From positions 62,001 through 126,000 of the forward strand of contig NW_026515686.1 of the NCBI RefSeq assembly GCF_025526975.1: a DNA stretch of 64,000 nt, read 5' to 3'. Both the position numbers and the translations under genes were made by a program. The notes below the pieces were generated by a model. That model did no database searches. It saw nothing but the letters and a program-made list of their open reading frames with translations, and was not told the origin of the DNA. This document shows, one piece after another, positions 14,049 to 26,613 of the stretch. This DNA comes from Fimicolochytrium jonesii (Eukaryota). Position 1 is the stretch's first letter; every line of letters begins with the position of its first letter.

Positions 14049-14617
14049 TCATACGCCGAACTCTAGTCTCAGTTTCATCGCCTGCTCGTACAACCGCACA
14101 TCTAACCCTTCCACATTCCTCACGATTCGTGCTCGCACAACAACGCCCACGTTCGGTGGGTCAAAGGAGACTCTGTTTGGCGGCTAGATCGAACAAAACG
14201 CATGCGGTTTATTTTCGACGTTTCCCTTCCTCATCGACGCAATAGTCCGTCTAGCCACCACTCACCCGCCAATCGCACTCCACATCCCCAATAAACTGCA
14301 ACAGCGTCCTCAGCCGGTGCCTGAACGGCCCGAGTAGGGCGGTATCCACCACCAGACGAGCCTTGCCGTACTCGATAAGCGCCAGCGAGTTGTTGGAATC
14401 GTATGCTATTAACCTGAAATTGTGCGAAACAAGACATGAGTATACGGTCAGAGACAGGCCTCTCATATGAACGCCGTACGCAACTTTGAAACACATACGT
14501 TCCGAGCACACGGACGGAGAGTGGTTGAGGGGTGCTTGAAATTGCGGTGGTTCGGACGAGGATTTCGGTGATGGTGAGGATTTCGCCGTGGCGGCGGGCT
14601 GGTGCTGCTCTCGTCAT
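14049..14617 (-). CDS. TEN1: TEN1, OB-fold subunit of the CST telomere-capping complex; 3 exons, not captured as one ORF
   Basis: Hand-spliced: '...SVRVLG|LIAYDSNNSLALIEYGKARLVVDTALLGPFRHRLRTLLQFIGDVE..|..VVVRARIVRNVEGLDVRLYEQAMKLRLEFGV*', matching the Ten1 pattern (R..G.L..YD ... G.LE ... AR..R.V.G.D..LY). Confidence 0.82.
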
Positions 14618-14848
14618 GCTGTCGAGGGAGCGGAACAACCTGGCAGCTGGCAACACACTCGGACAGAAGCCTGGGAAGTCGGAATCGGCTGTGGGAAGTC
14701 CTTCCAAACAGGCTTCAAACAGAAGCCACTTCGGACGCGTTTGGGTTATGGCCTCTCCATGCAGTTGCCATGCAGTCCATGCCTGAGTCCATGCTGCCTC
14801 CATGAGGCATGCTTCTTCCAACTCGACCAGCCAAACTCTCCGCCAGCT

Positions 14849-15812
14849 ATGGACGAAACACCAGACTCTCCCACAGGCCTTCGGGACGTCACGCCGATAG
14901 CCCGCCTGACCGTCTCCAGCTTCAAAGATGATCACCCGCCGGAGCGGTTACGGGATGGGAATCCCGGCACGTATTGGCAGTACGTGGGTTTGTGATGGAG
15001 GGTGCGACCCAAGAATGAAACTGACATACTTACTGCAGATCAGACGGCCCGCAACCTCACTATGTTAATGTAGAGTTCCCGCAACGGATGGCATTGACGG
15101 TAATGCCCTCTGTACCTCCAATTGCCTTCAACAGAACAATGGCTCACTTCACTTTTACAGAGGATATCGCTCTATATCGACCACGCGAAAGACGAAAGCT
15201 ACACCCCGAGGCATATCCTGATACGCGCCGGGAACTCATTTTACGATATGCAAGTGCGTTTTGGAAGCGGAAACCAGCATCGTTGAGATGCGAGCGTGTT
15301 CGATTTGAACCGTAGAGATTGACTTGCCATTTTCCCAGTAGGATTTTCAACAGCACGAGGTTCCCGAGACGACGGGATGGGTGGATTTCAGCTTGTCGGA
15401 GGATGAGGAGGTTTTGTGAGTTCCTGATGACATGCATAGACTCTTGCGGCAAGGGATGGGGAGGAGGGCTGATTTGTCGTATCGTTTCGCAGCAAACCTT
15501 TGCGCGCCCACGTTCTACAACTAAGCGTTGTTGAGAATTACCAGCACGGAAAGGATACGCATGTTCGGGGGTTGAAGCTATGGGCTACGGCAGTGTAAGT
15601 GTCGCGGTGCTGGTTCTCGCGTCGGTACGCAGCCCACAATCTGACACGTTTACTCGCGTAGAAGGTCGGATATGCTCATGGACGAGATGCCGCCGTTCTC
15701 CACCTACGCGTTCCAAATGTAAGAAACCGCCTGGGAATGTACGCCTCCAAAATATGCATTCGGCCACTAATATGCGTTGAATACACTCTCCAGGTATTCG
15801 ACAGTACGATAA
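14849..15812 (+). CDS. APC10: Anaphase-promoting complex subunit 10 (DOC domain); multi-exon
   Basis: 'LTVSSFK...LRDGNPGTYWQ|SDGPQPH', 'DESYTP', 'IRAGN', 'NYQHGKDTHVRG', and a C-terminal IR-tail-like 'YSTVR*'. Confidence 0.92.
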
Positions 15813-16195
15813 CAGACAACACCGTATATCGGTTTTTGGGTATATCTAGTATCCTCGCCGCATAGGCAAAGTACGGATGGGGATAGGGTCTTTCGTTCAC
15901 CTCGTGAACGCAAGGATCTGACTACGAGAGACGAGGAGCATTCCTCAGTGCATATACACATGTCTTGACGCGGCGTATTGATGGAATGGATATCGATCGC
16001 GGATGGGGGACCGGCGTACTGTTCCCGGCCAATATACACCCCGCCCAAACACGTCGATCCGTTCTTGCTCTCCCAATGTTAACTTATCGCGGCCTCAATC
16101 TCCCGACATCCCAACGCCGAAGCTGTCTCAGTGCAGGCCCATCCACCGCATCCTCCACCCCCATGAATGACCCCATGTCGGAGCTTCCAGTCTAT

Positions 16196-16832
16196 CTACG
16201 CCTTGCCCTTCCCCTTCCGATCCTCCGGCTCGACTGCATCATGTCCACCTTCTTCCTCGTGTAATGATTCGAATTCAGGTACCTGTACTGGCTCCCACGC
16301 GCCTGTACCGCTTCCTATGAACAGAAAACACATCAACAAGCTGCCCACAGTTAGGAAGATCATGACCACCGTACCCCTCCCCATCGTACTCACCTTCCCC
16401 AGGCACCCAATACGCCAAATAAACAACGGAATCATCCACCAACCCCAACTGCTCCAACAGCGCCGCATCCTCCAACCCCGCATACCCAGGCGTCGGCGCC
16501 GGATCCCCCTTCGCGTCCGCCTTCGCCGTCCCCTTCGCCGGCGCCGCCTCTGCCCGGGGTGCCGTCGCGACAAAGAACTTTAGATCTTTTGGGTCCTTTT
16601 CGCGGTTGAGTGGGCCGTGCGCGAGTTTGGTTTTGAGGGACCCAATGCTGTCTTGCGGCGTGCATTCGAGGAAGTAGATGGTTTTTTGGCGTTTGACGCG
16701 GAGGTACATTGTTGGGGAGGACTGCGGGGCGGGGACGGTGGGAATAGCGAATTAGAAAAAGTCATACGTCTGCCTGCAGGTGGTTATCGATTTCCAGAAC
16801 TCCTCTTCCCGTCGGAGGCACGCACTCACCAT
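16196..16832 (-). CDS. ELOB: Elongin B-like ubiquitin-fold protein; probable ATG-only first exon plus 6-nt microexon
   Basis: 'MYLRVKRQKTIYFLECTPQDSIGSLK...LEDAALLEQLGL...VYLAY..|..WEPVQVPEF' resembles Elongin B (F.MIRRHKTTIF..., LDD.KTL...G, FEAL.I.PF). Upstream ATG|GTGAGT at 16832 splices in frame. Confidence 0.7.
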
Positions 16833-17296
16833 CGGGAACGATCCGGTGTCTTTCTTCGGTCGGTATTGACAAACGTTATGTACAGGTCGATGCAGCTTTC
16901 TTTGAATCACACCACAGGATCCCTTACACCCTATACTATAATAAGTCTGTGAATGCAGATGTTGCAGGTGGAAAGCCTGGGTGGAGGCTGTGAAGTCAGT
17001 GTGAACGCGTCTGCAACTACTGTACTCTGAAAAGGACTGGCAAAGGAGGGCAAAGGTCTGCAATTGCCCTGGGCACTCGCATTATTTGCGTTTTTGACAT
17101 TGGCCTCCAACCGGACGCATTGAGCTGGCTATACTGGGAAGGAGACCTAAGTTCACTCTGAAAGCAAGGCTGAAAGGACTGTTCTTGCTTGACACACCGG
17201 CCGCTGCTTGCCCTCCTTACACCCGCATCTTCCGTGGGCGTGCCGCAACGTCACAAACAGCGTAAAGAGTTTTCCGGCCACTATCCTCCACAGTCC

Positions 17297-18553
17297 ATGT
17301 CATCATCCCGCGGGTTCGACGGAAGCGGCATGGGCGCCTCAACTTCACGCCCCTCCTACGTCGTCGCCTACCTCTCCCACCTCTTCGCCACGCTCTACAC
17401 CACAATGTCGAGCTTCTTTACCATCTTCAAGCCTGCGGAAACCATCACTCTCGCTCACAGCCGACGCCGCGTCACGGTGCTGAAGCAGCTAGGGGAGGGA
17501 GGATTCTCGTTCGTGTACCTAGTGCGGGATGTGGGCGATGGGGCGACGTACGCGTTGAAGAGGGTTCGGATACAGTTGCCGGAGCACGAGGAGAGGCTGA
17601 AGAGCGAAATTGCGGCACATAAGGCTGTACAGTCGCCATATGTGGTGAAGTTGGTGGATGAGGAGGTGGTGAAGAGGGGGAATGCGGTTGTGGAGGGTTT
17701 GCTGTTGCTGCCATTCTATGAGAGGGGTACGGTTCAGGATCTGATAGATCAGACACCGACCGATCAAGCAATCGCATTACAAAGGATCTTGCAGATTACT
17801 ATGGACGTATGCTCGGGGCTTTCCGCATTCCAGTAAGTGCATTGAGTGCGTCCGTCCGTGAGAGCTCTCTTTCTGATCGCATCACATCCCCAGCACGCAT
17901 AATCCACCACTGGCCTTCCGCGACCTCAAACCCGCCAACATCCTCATCAACACGGACGGACGAGCCGTCTTGATGGATTTGGGCTCTGTAGCAGTTGCAC
18001 GCGTGACGTTGACGTCGCGGAAGGAAGCCATCGCACTTCAAGAAGAGTGCGCAGAGACAGCCACGGCGCCGTTCAGAGCGCCGGAGCTGTTTGATCCGCC
18101 CACCAACGGTAGTGTTGATGAGAGAAGTGATGTCTGGTAAGGGCTTTCACCCCGCGATGTCAAGGCGCTTCGCGTATACTTACTGAGCACTCTCACTCGA
18201 TGATCGTAGGGCACTTGGATGCACACTGTACGCAATGGCATATCGCGTCTCTCCATGTAAGCCGTCATTCGCATCCATTGCACGTCATCACCCCCAACTT
18301 ACACGCATCCCTTTTCTTCACCCATCTAGTCGACGGCACAACAACAGCAACCATCTCCGGCCGAGTCTCCTTCCCCACCCCACCAACGCCCTTGCGGAGT
18401 CATCCTGTCTACATCAACGCCGCTTTCCGCCATCTCATCCTTGCCGCGCTGACGCCACCTGCATCGCGACCCACAGTGGCTGAGATGTCCGAGAAGTGCA
18501 GGGTGGTGCTTGAAGGGCTTGGAGACTCGCAGGACGGTATCGGTGCTGTTTGA
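17297..18553 (+). CDS. STK16: STK16/ENV7 (NAK family) Ser/Thr kinase; spliced
   Basis: 'LGEGGFSFVYLV', 'YALKR', 'LLLPFYERGTVQD', 'AFRDLKPANIL', 'LMDLGS', 'TAPFRAPELFD', 'DERSDVW'. Confidence 0.88.
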
Positions 18554-19266
18554 GCGATGTGGGTCTGTTTCTTGACTCTATGTGGGCAAGCCACTTGGGA
18601 GGAGATGCGAAGAATTACGCATGTTTTTGGGCATTAGAGATTGACCGTTCAGAGGTCGCAAATAGAGACGTAGTTTTTCGCCGCCTCATAACTCTTTAAT
18701 TTGCGAGGTCCGATGACGCTTTGAAGGGCGTTCTCGATCTGGCCCCACTGATATACTGTTGCGAGACTGGAACCTGAGACCAGCGCTGGCAACACGAATC
18801 GTAGGCAGCCACCTTTGTCGGCTTTTGCCGATCAGAAAAGCAGCAGAGAAGGAAACCGGGGGAGCAAAGTTCCGGAAGTTTATCATTGAGCAAGGAACTG
18901 ATGGCACACTCCGCTTGTATGCCGATATTGTGCACATAAACTTCATCTGGGAAATACTGCTATTTTTGGGGATTTTGAAAGAATATATCAAGCAGCTCAT
19001 GGGCGCTTCATCAGAACTCAGTCAGCCCAACACTATCAATGTAGTACTCCATAATGCTCCACCGAACTCAGGGCAAGGTGAGAATGGTTTATATCCCTGC
19101 AGGAAACAGAGCCTCTAGGCTTTTCGCTGATGGAAGGAAATGATCTGTATTGAACTAGGAACTATGGAACTATGGAAAGACGACGCGGTGTCAGAGTGTG
19201 TGTTGCTAATAGAATCGTATATACTACATATGGAGATATGTGTAACCAAATCCTAGCATTCAACAA

Positions 19267-19349
19267 GCACGGATGGCCGAGTTGGTCTAAGGCGTTGGTC
19301 TCAAGTTCCAATCTCGTAAGAGGCGCGAGTTCGAATCTCGCTTCGTGCA
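19267..19349 (+). tRNA. tRNA-Leu(CAA), long variable arm, no intron
   Basis: Acceptor GCACGGA/TTCGTGC, A box TGGCCGAGTTGG, anticodon loop CT-CAA-GT, T-arm GCGAG-TTCGAAT-CTCGC, followed by a TTTTTT Pol III terminator. Confidence 0.95.
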
Positions 19350-19706
19350 CAATTTTTTGTTCTTTTTGCATTTGTGGAATTGACTTTATGGCGTCAAGTT
19401 CATATACCAGTATTGTCCGTAGATTACTTGAGTTGAACCCACATCGTCCCCTATTGTCAACCATCATCCGCCATAATCATGGTTGAGCGCATTAGCCCAG
19501 TTTTGGTGCTTCATGAAACTGGCCCCATACGTAAGCAACGTCAAATAGAAATTCTTCTAAAGGGCATGGACCCATGTCATCCACCCAGTCATACGCCTAT
19601 GTGCGAGCGAATCGTGAATCATGATCTCTCAGTTCTCCAAAAATTCCGGACGCATCCACGCCGGATTCCACATCAAAGCGCAAATTCTCTGCGTCGAGGG
19701 GTATGA

Positions 19707-20932
19707 TTAAACACCGCCACGAGGCGAACCGTCCGTATCAGCGCGGGCGGTACCCGTGCCACCAGCAGCACCGGCGGCAGTGGTACCGCTAGGGGCGGCA
19801 CTCGTCGGATTGCCTGACGCGCCAGCGCGCAGGAGGTCCATCGAGTCATGAAAGTTGCGCCTATGTGGTGGTGAGGTGGTGGGTGCGTAGTGTGCGAGAT
19901 TTGGGAGACGTCAGTAGTGGGTCGCAGAACAACGCGATGAAAATGGTCTCCTGTACTGACATTGATTCGCTGAGCTCCTCAAGCTATGGTCGCGAGCAAG
20001 GATGAGGATGGTGCGGCATGTGATTGAAGTCGTTGTGAGGTGCATGTTGAGGTGGGACCCCACGGCTTGAACATACCCGCGACATCAAACCGTTGACTTC
20101 AGCTTCCCGTTTGGCGAAACGCTCCGCGTTGCGCTTATACCGCCGCGTCGAGTCTTCATCAGGGTTGACGTCCAGCGCCGATCTGGGTATACCGGAGGAG
20201 TGAGGACAGACAAAGGTTTGCACATCGCATGACGGAAGACCGTCACCGTCCGAGTTGTACCATAGCTGCCATCCCTCGAACACACAGCTCCCCTCTGTGA
20301 TAATCTCAGGGTCTTAGAGCCCAATTCCCGACCCCTTGCCGTTCCGTCCCTCTTCTCCCCCAATTCATTATCCCAGAGGCTCATTCAACTTACAGCCGTT
20401 CGCTTGACTGCTTTCCGAGTGCCAGATGCTCCAATGCTATATCAATCTGCATTCGTCGTAGGTGATCGAGATTCTTGAAGAGTTCCGTCGTGTCTCGCTC
20501 TGTTTTGCTGTTCGTGAGGATCGTTTCGATGTGGGAGGATGCTATGGGGTCTCGGAACCCCTCCTATGTCCGTCGTTTCCCGGACGCCGCCCGTTTCAAC
20601 ATATGCTTCAGAACTACTGCTACAGCGCGGTACATGCGTATGTTTTCCCAGGACCCTCAAAATGTCCAAGCAAACTACTGCCCCCGCTGTGTTCACTCCA
20701 ATTCTGTCTGGACCCTTTTCACTTACCTGAGGACGACGCCTGCTCAAACGCCTCGATATGCGCCAACGCCTTATCATGCTCGAATGCTGAGTAGTTTGCG
20801 CATCCCGGTGGAGCGGAAACAGAGAGCGGATTGGTGTAGAGTCAGGTGAAAGCAGCTGCTTTCGTGTGCCAACGGATCGATGTACACACCTCGGTCGTTG
20901 ACTATCGTCGGCAGTTTCCCAAATTCAGTCAT
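19707..20932 (-). CDS. Small coiled-coil protein, CCDC28/DUF5315-like; multi-exon, missed by the ORF track
   Basis: In-frame hand-splicing: 'MTEFGKLPTIVNDR|AFEHDKALAHIEAFEQASSS|ASSHIETIL...LFKNLDHLRRMQIDIALEHLAL...|SALD...RYKRNAERFAKREAEVNGLMSR|LEELSES|MRNFHDS...GV*', with canonical GT/AG sites. Family call from remembered motif similarity. Confidence 0.65.
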
Positions 20933-22357
20933 CGTATACGCACCCTTCCTGAGTTTGAGAAAGGACTTGTGGTCCGAGTTGGAATTAGTATATCCGATAG
21001 CGATGACCAGAGTGCGGGAATGTGGCACACCGACTGGGAACGCGTTCGCGGCACGAAAACGCTGACAGTGCTGGGCAAGAGGACTGAACCACGACCTCTT
21101 AGGTCAACTATCGATGATGGCTCCTAATAGCAAAAGGCTGAGCATGAGGTTTGTAGAAGATGCGACCTGTACATAGCCCTTTGATCTGGACGGATCTCAT
21201 TACGGCAAGTCTCCCTAACCAAAGAGACGCTTCGCAAGACGGAGGCCGCAGATTATGGATGAAAACCATATATGTTCATCAGGATGCCAACGATGATTTC
21301 TACGTACAGGTCGATACGACGCAGAATCGTCCATCGGTCCTCGGACCAGACGCAAATGGTACTTAGAAAGGGGAGCCCTATTCCCCTACTATTCCCCACA
21401 TTCGCGGCGCGCAACGCCTCAATGCATCTCCTTATCAGGTTCGGGCATAATGATGAACGGCAATCCAACGCGAGTCAATATTCCATTCAGAAGGAGCCGG
21501 GAAATCCTCCCATTCCCGTCTGAGTAGGGTGTCCTCACAAATCTGTACAACGCTTCAACTGCGAATGGAAGCCATGGGCTCAGTTGAGCGTTCCGGCTGG
21601 ACCGTGTTTAGCCGGACCTGTTCGACTAGACTGATCTTGGTATGGCGACGGTTGACCCACCATCAATCTCTCCATCAATGAGGCCACCTCCATTTCGTGT
21701 GGGGAAAGTGCATGAGATAGACCAAGGGACTACCTGCCCTGTACGGAACGTCCCTGCCTTCCAAGCGTCGGGCCGGGGACGGCATAGTAGGAGCCAATGG
21801 ATATGAGGCAACGAGGGGTTGCGGCTCACCTTTTCCTACGTAGTGTGGTACAGTACTGTACTGTATGTACATACATACACGATTCTCGCCCATTTTCTTT
21901 GTGTACAGTGTTTTCGATTTTCGTCGCTCCAGGGCGATGCCCATAGATCAGATAGATCTTCCAGCCAGCCAATTAGAGCCGCGTGATAGTTTACACGCGT
22001 TCCCCTGAGGCCGACGCGCTGCCCATGGGAAAGGGTCATCTGCAACTGCCGCTCGCTCAAAGCGCACTTTTTTGGGGAAGCAAGCGTGGGGAAAAAAGGT
22101 CAAATAGTCCAACGCATCCTGCAAGTAGCTAGGCCCAAGTCCCCACGGCACCTCTGCGTGTCTCACTGCTCGTCCACTAGCACTTTATCTCTGAGGTTCG
22201 TCCCCTTCGCCACTGTTTCAAAGCGCTCCCAAGCAGAGGACCGTCCCGCAAACGGTGCCGGTTTTTTCCGCCCTGAATTCAGCCCACTTAGGTCTTGGCA
22301 TTTCGTTAACAGATCTCGTAGATCAGCCCTTAGCGCGTTTTCGCAGAGCCGGCCAGC

Positions 22358-25300
22358 ATGCTTTCTAGGACACTGCAGATTCGCGCGCCGGCGGCGGTCA
22401 GAGTCCATTTTGCCGCGTCCGGGGCTCGCCGTGCAGCAGGATGCTCTGTCATCAACACCTTCGCGCGACAGACACATACAGGACCTACCAAGCCCGCGAC
22501 TTCCACCACAACGGCGGCTGCAACCCGTCGTTTATTTGCGACGACCACTGCGAGTACGACCAATCCTGTATTCGAGCCTCTAGACACATTCCCGCGTCGT
22601 CACATCGGCCCCGATGACGAGGATGTTGCACAAATGTGCAAAGTTATCGGCGTTAAATCGCTAGAGAACCTTGTGGAGAGGACTGTACCACCGTCGATTA
22701 CGATCAGAAATGCGACGAGATTAGGGCCAGGGGTTCCCGAAACGGAGGTGTTGGAGCGCTTGAAGCACATCGCCTCCAAAAACAAGGTCTTCCGGTCGTA
22801 CATCGGGATGGGGTACACGAACACTATTACTCCGAAGGTGATTCTCCGCAACATCATGGAAAACCCCGGATGGTACACGCAGTACACGCCGTATCAGCCG
22901 GAGATCTCACAAGGAAGGCTCGAGTCGCTACTGAATTTTCAGACAATGGTGTGCGACTTCACGGGCCTGCCTGTGGCCAACGCTTCGCTGTTGGATGAAG
23001 GAACAGCTGCCGCGGAAGCTATGATGATGTGCTTCTCGCAAGCCAAGCGCAAAAAGAACATGTTTTTCGTGGATCAGGCATGTCACCCGCAAACCATCGC
23101 ATGTGTCAAGACGCGTGGTGAGGGATTCGGTATCCAGGTCGTTGTTGGCGATTACGAAAAGTTCGACTTTGAGGCGAATGCCGGAAATGTCATGGGTGTG
23201 CTTATCCAGGTAAGCTCGCGGAGAGGCTTGTTAATCCCAGAGCCGACATGAGTTAACTGGTGTATCCCTTCCCAGTACCCAACAACAGATGGGAGAGTTC
23301 TCGATTACGAGACCTTTGTAGAGAAGGCGCACTCGAAAGGCGCCATGGTCACCGTCGCCGCAGACCTTCTCTCGCTCGCACTTCTCAAACCTCCAGGGGA
23401 ATTTGGCGCTGACATCGTCTTCGGAAACTCCCAACGGTTCGGTGTTCCACTCGGTTACGGCGGTCCCCATGCCGCCTTTTTCGCCGTCAAGGACAATCTC
23501 AAACGGAATATGCCTGGCCGTTTGATCGGCGTGTCAAAGGATGTCGACGGAAACAAGGCTTATCGTCTGGCCCTGCAAACTCGTGAGCAACACATCAGGA
23601 GAGAGAAGGCTACCAGTAACATCTGTACGGCGCAGGCGCTGCTGGCGAACATGGCCGCGATGTACGCAGTATACCATGGTCCAGAGGTATCATTCCCGCC
23701 ACATTCTTTTATCCAGTGAAAACAACGTCTGACCCGTTCATCTATATTCCCATAGGGGATTCGGGCAATCGCACAACGCGTTCACAACCTGACCTCAGTC
23801 CTCGCTGAAGGTGTCCGTCGTCTTGGCCACACGGTGAAAACCGAATCATTCTTCGACACCATCACCGTCGAACTCAAATATGATGCTGAAGAGCTTGTCC
23901 TTGCCGCTGCCGACGCTGGTATCAACGTCCGCCAGGTGGACGCGCGCAGCATTGCCGTTACGCTCGACGAAACCGTGACAAAGGAAGACCTGTACGATCT
24001 CCTGCGTGTGTTTGCCACCGCCTCTTTTGAGGAAAGCTACAGGTCCGGGTCGAAACGCGGAAACTTCGCACCCACGCCCATTCTTGACAGCATCGCCAAA
24101 GAGTTGGGAATATCCGCTGAGAACCCCGCGCAGAACATCCCGCAGAAACTCGTTCGAACGTCAAAATACCTCACTCACCCTATTTTCAACAAGTTCCATT
24201 CCGAAACGGACATGTTGCGGTACATTAGCTACCTGCAAAGCAAGGATTTATCGCTCGCCGAGGCGATGATCCCCCTCGGGTCCTGTACCATGAAGCTGAA
24301 CGCCACCACTGAAATGATCCCCGTGACATGGCCAGAGTTTGCACATATACATCCATTTGTTCCAGTGGATCAGGCCAGCGGATACAGGATCATGCTGCAG
24401 GTGAGGAAAATGTTTTGACAAATGGTTCCATTTCGGTATCCTAACCACCTCCATATCTTTAGGAATTGGAGTACGCTTTGTCTGAAGTGACAGGCTTTGA
24501 TCAAGTCTCCCTGCAGCCCAACTCTGGAGCCCAGGGTGAATACACCGGTCTTCGTGTAATCCGGGCTTACCTTCGGTCTCAAGGGCAAACCAACCGTGAC
24601 GTTTGCCTCATCCCCGTCTCCGCGCACGGAACCAACCCCGCTTCAGCCGCCATGGCTGGCTTCAAGGTTGTGATCGTCAAATGCGAGGAGAACGGAAACT
24701 TGGACTTGAACGATCTGAGGGCCAAGGCTGAGCAGTACAAGGATACCCTCGCAGCTACCATGATCACGTATCCCTCCACATATGGTGTCTTTGAGGAGAC
24801 CATTACAGAAGCGTGTGAGATTGTTCACCAAAACGGTGGTCAGGTGTACATGGATGGCGCGAACCTGAACGCCCAGCTCGGTCTGTGCAAACCGGCAGAG
24901 ATCGGCGCGGACGTGTGTCACTTGAACCTGCACAAGACCTTCTGTATTCCGCATGGTGGCGGTGGGCCTGGAATGGGACCTATCGGTGTCAAGAACCACT
25001 TGGCGCCGTTCTTGCCCGGACACCCCGTCGTGAAGACCAGCGGAGAGTTGGCTATCGGACCCGTCTCGGCTGCCCCATGGGGTAGCGCTAGCATCCTGCC
25101 CATCTCATGGGCGTACCTGAAAATGATGGGTAAGTTGATGGATCCTGTTCTGAATCTCTAGCGGGCCTCGTTACTTACCCCGTACGTGCTCGGCACATTT
25201 ATTTGTCAGGTGACGATGGTGTTCGCAAAGCTACCCAAGTAGCGCTTTTGAACGCCAACTACATCATGAAGCGCCTTGAGAAGCACTACAAGATCCTCTT

Positions 25301-25936
25301 CACTAACGAGAATGGCCTATGCGCTCACGAGTTCATCATCGACTGCCGACCGTTTTTGGAGTCTGCCCATATTGAGGCTATTGACATCGCCAAGCGGTTA
25401 CACGTAAGGAGGGAGGAGCTCCTGGAGCGTTGGCGTTCGAGTCCAGATGCTGAACCATTATTCCATCACATTTCAGGACTACGGCTTTCACTCCCCAACC
25501 ATGTCCTTCCCGGTATCCAACACCCTTATGGTAGAACCCACCGAATCCGAATCCCTCGTCGAGCTCGACCGCTTCATCGACGCCATGATCGCCATCCGCG
25601 CGGAGATCGCGGAAGTCGAGGCTGGGAAGCAACCCCGCGATAACAACGTCCTCACCAACGCGCCCCACCCAATCCATCAGCTGCTCGTTGGCGAGTGGAA
25701 GAGGGAGTATTCTAGGGAGAAGGCAGCATACCCTGTCGAGGGGTTGAGGAGGAAGAAGTTTTGGCCTAGCGTAGGGAGGGTTGATGATACCTTTGGAGAC
25801 AGGAACCTGGTATGTTGTGTGGGAGCGACTTTTTTGTGCCGGTTGGGCCGGTTGTGGCTATTAGACACTGACTCCTCGCTTTTGCTTTTTGTTCACAGAT
25901 CTGCTCGTGCCCACCTATCGAGGAGTACGAGTCTAA
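22358..25936 (+). CDS. GCV2: Glycine decarboxylase (glycine cleavage P protein), mitochondrial; spliced
   Basis: Arg/Ala/Thr-rich presequence, 'FPRRHIGP', '[23 protein letters not shown]', 'GGPHAAFF', 'ATSNICTAQ', '[12 protein letters not shown]', PLP lysine '[18 protein letters not shown]', end '[11 protein letters not shown]'. Confidence 0.97.
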
Positions 25937-26540
25937 CTAGATATACACTGATCAGGCGTCGGCGCTGGTCACTGTAGAGCGTTCGTCCGTGACATATCCT
26001 ATGCCGGGGTAGCAGGCTCTTGCACACCATGACTGCAATTTCGCAACCTGAAACGACCGAACATTATACCGCTGTGACAATCTATGGCGCCACTCATCAA
26101 GAGGAATCTCGGAACAATGGGGGGCAGGGCATGAAAAGTCGACGTACGCCATCGCCGTCGGCGCGCAACCGATACAAACGCTTCTCGGACTGACCCTTGG
26201 CTTTGTCATGATCCCCCCCTCACCGCCGTATGGTTTATCCATGTGATTTCGTTGTATGATTGGCGTCTCCCGCATTTTTGTTGTTTATTTCCATTCTAAT
26301 TAAGATACTTTCGCGATGAATAAATTTCGCTATGGACAGATTGTTGTAAGATAGACAACGGTTCGTAGGTGAGGGGGGAATAAACAGCCTCGCTCTCAGA
26401 TCGAGTGTTTGCCCATAATCTCGTCTCTGGCGTTGATGAGACAACCAGACCGGCCTCAACGTATGTACGTAGCAAGATTTCCAAACAAAAAACAAACCGG
26501 GTCATCGTAATGATGAGATCAAAAAAACTGGAAAAATTTG

Positions 26541-26613
26541 CGACCCTGGAGAGATTCGAACTCCCAATCTTCTGTTCCGAAGACAGACGCCTTAACCATT
26601 AGGCCACAAGGCT
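26541..26613 (-). tRNA. tRNA-Arg(TCG) with an A1:C72 mismatch
   Basis: Minus strand AGCCTTG-TGGCCTAATGGTTAAGGC-G-TCTGT-CTTCGGA-ACAGA-AGATT-GGGAG-TTCGAAT-CTCTC-CAGGGTC-G, followed by a TTTTT terminator. Confidence 0.92.

Noticed and set aside
21900..22357. Possible glycine riboswitch upstream of GCV2
   Set aside because: The conserved GGAGA / CCGAAG / CTCTCAGG elements are not present in order.
25931..25951. GCV2 stop context TAA-CTA-G as a readthrough signal
   Set aside because: The efficient motif requires UGA, and the extension would be only a few residues with no targeting signal.
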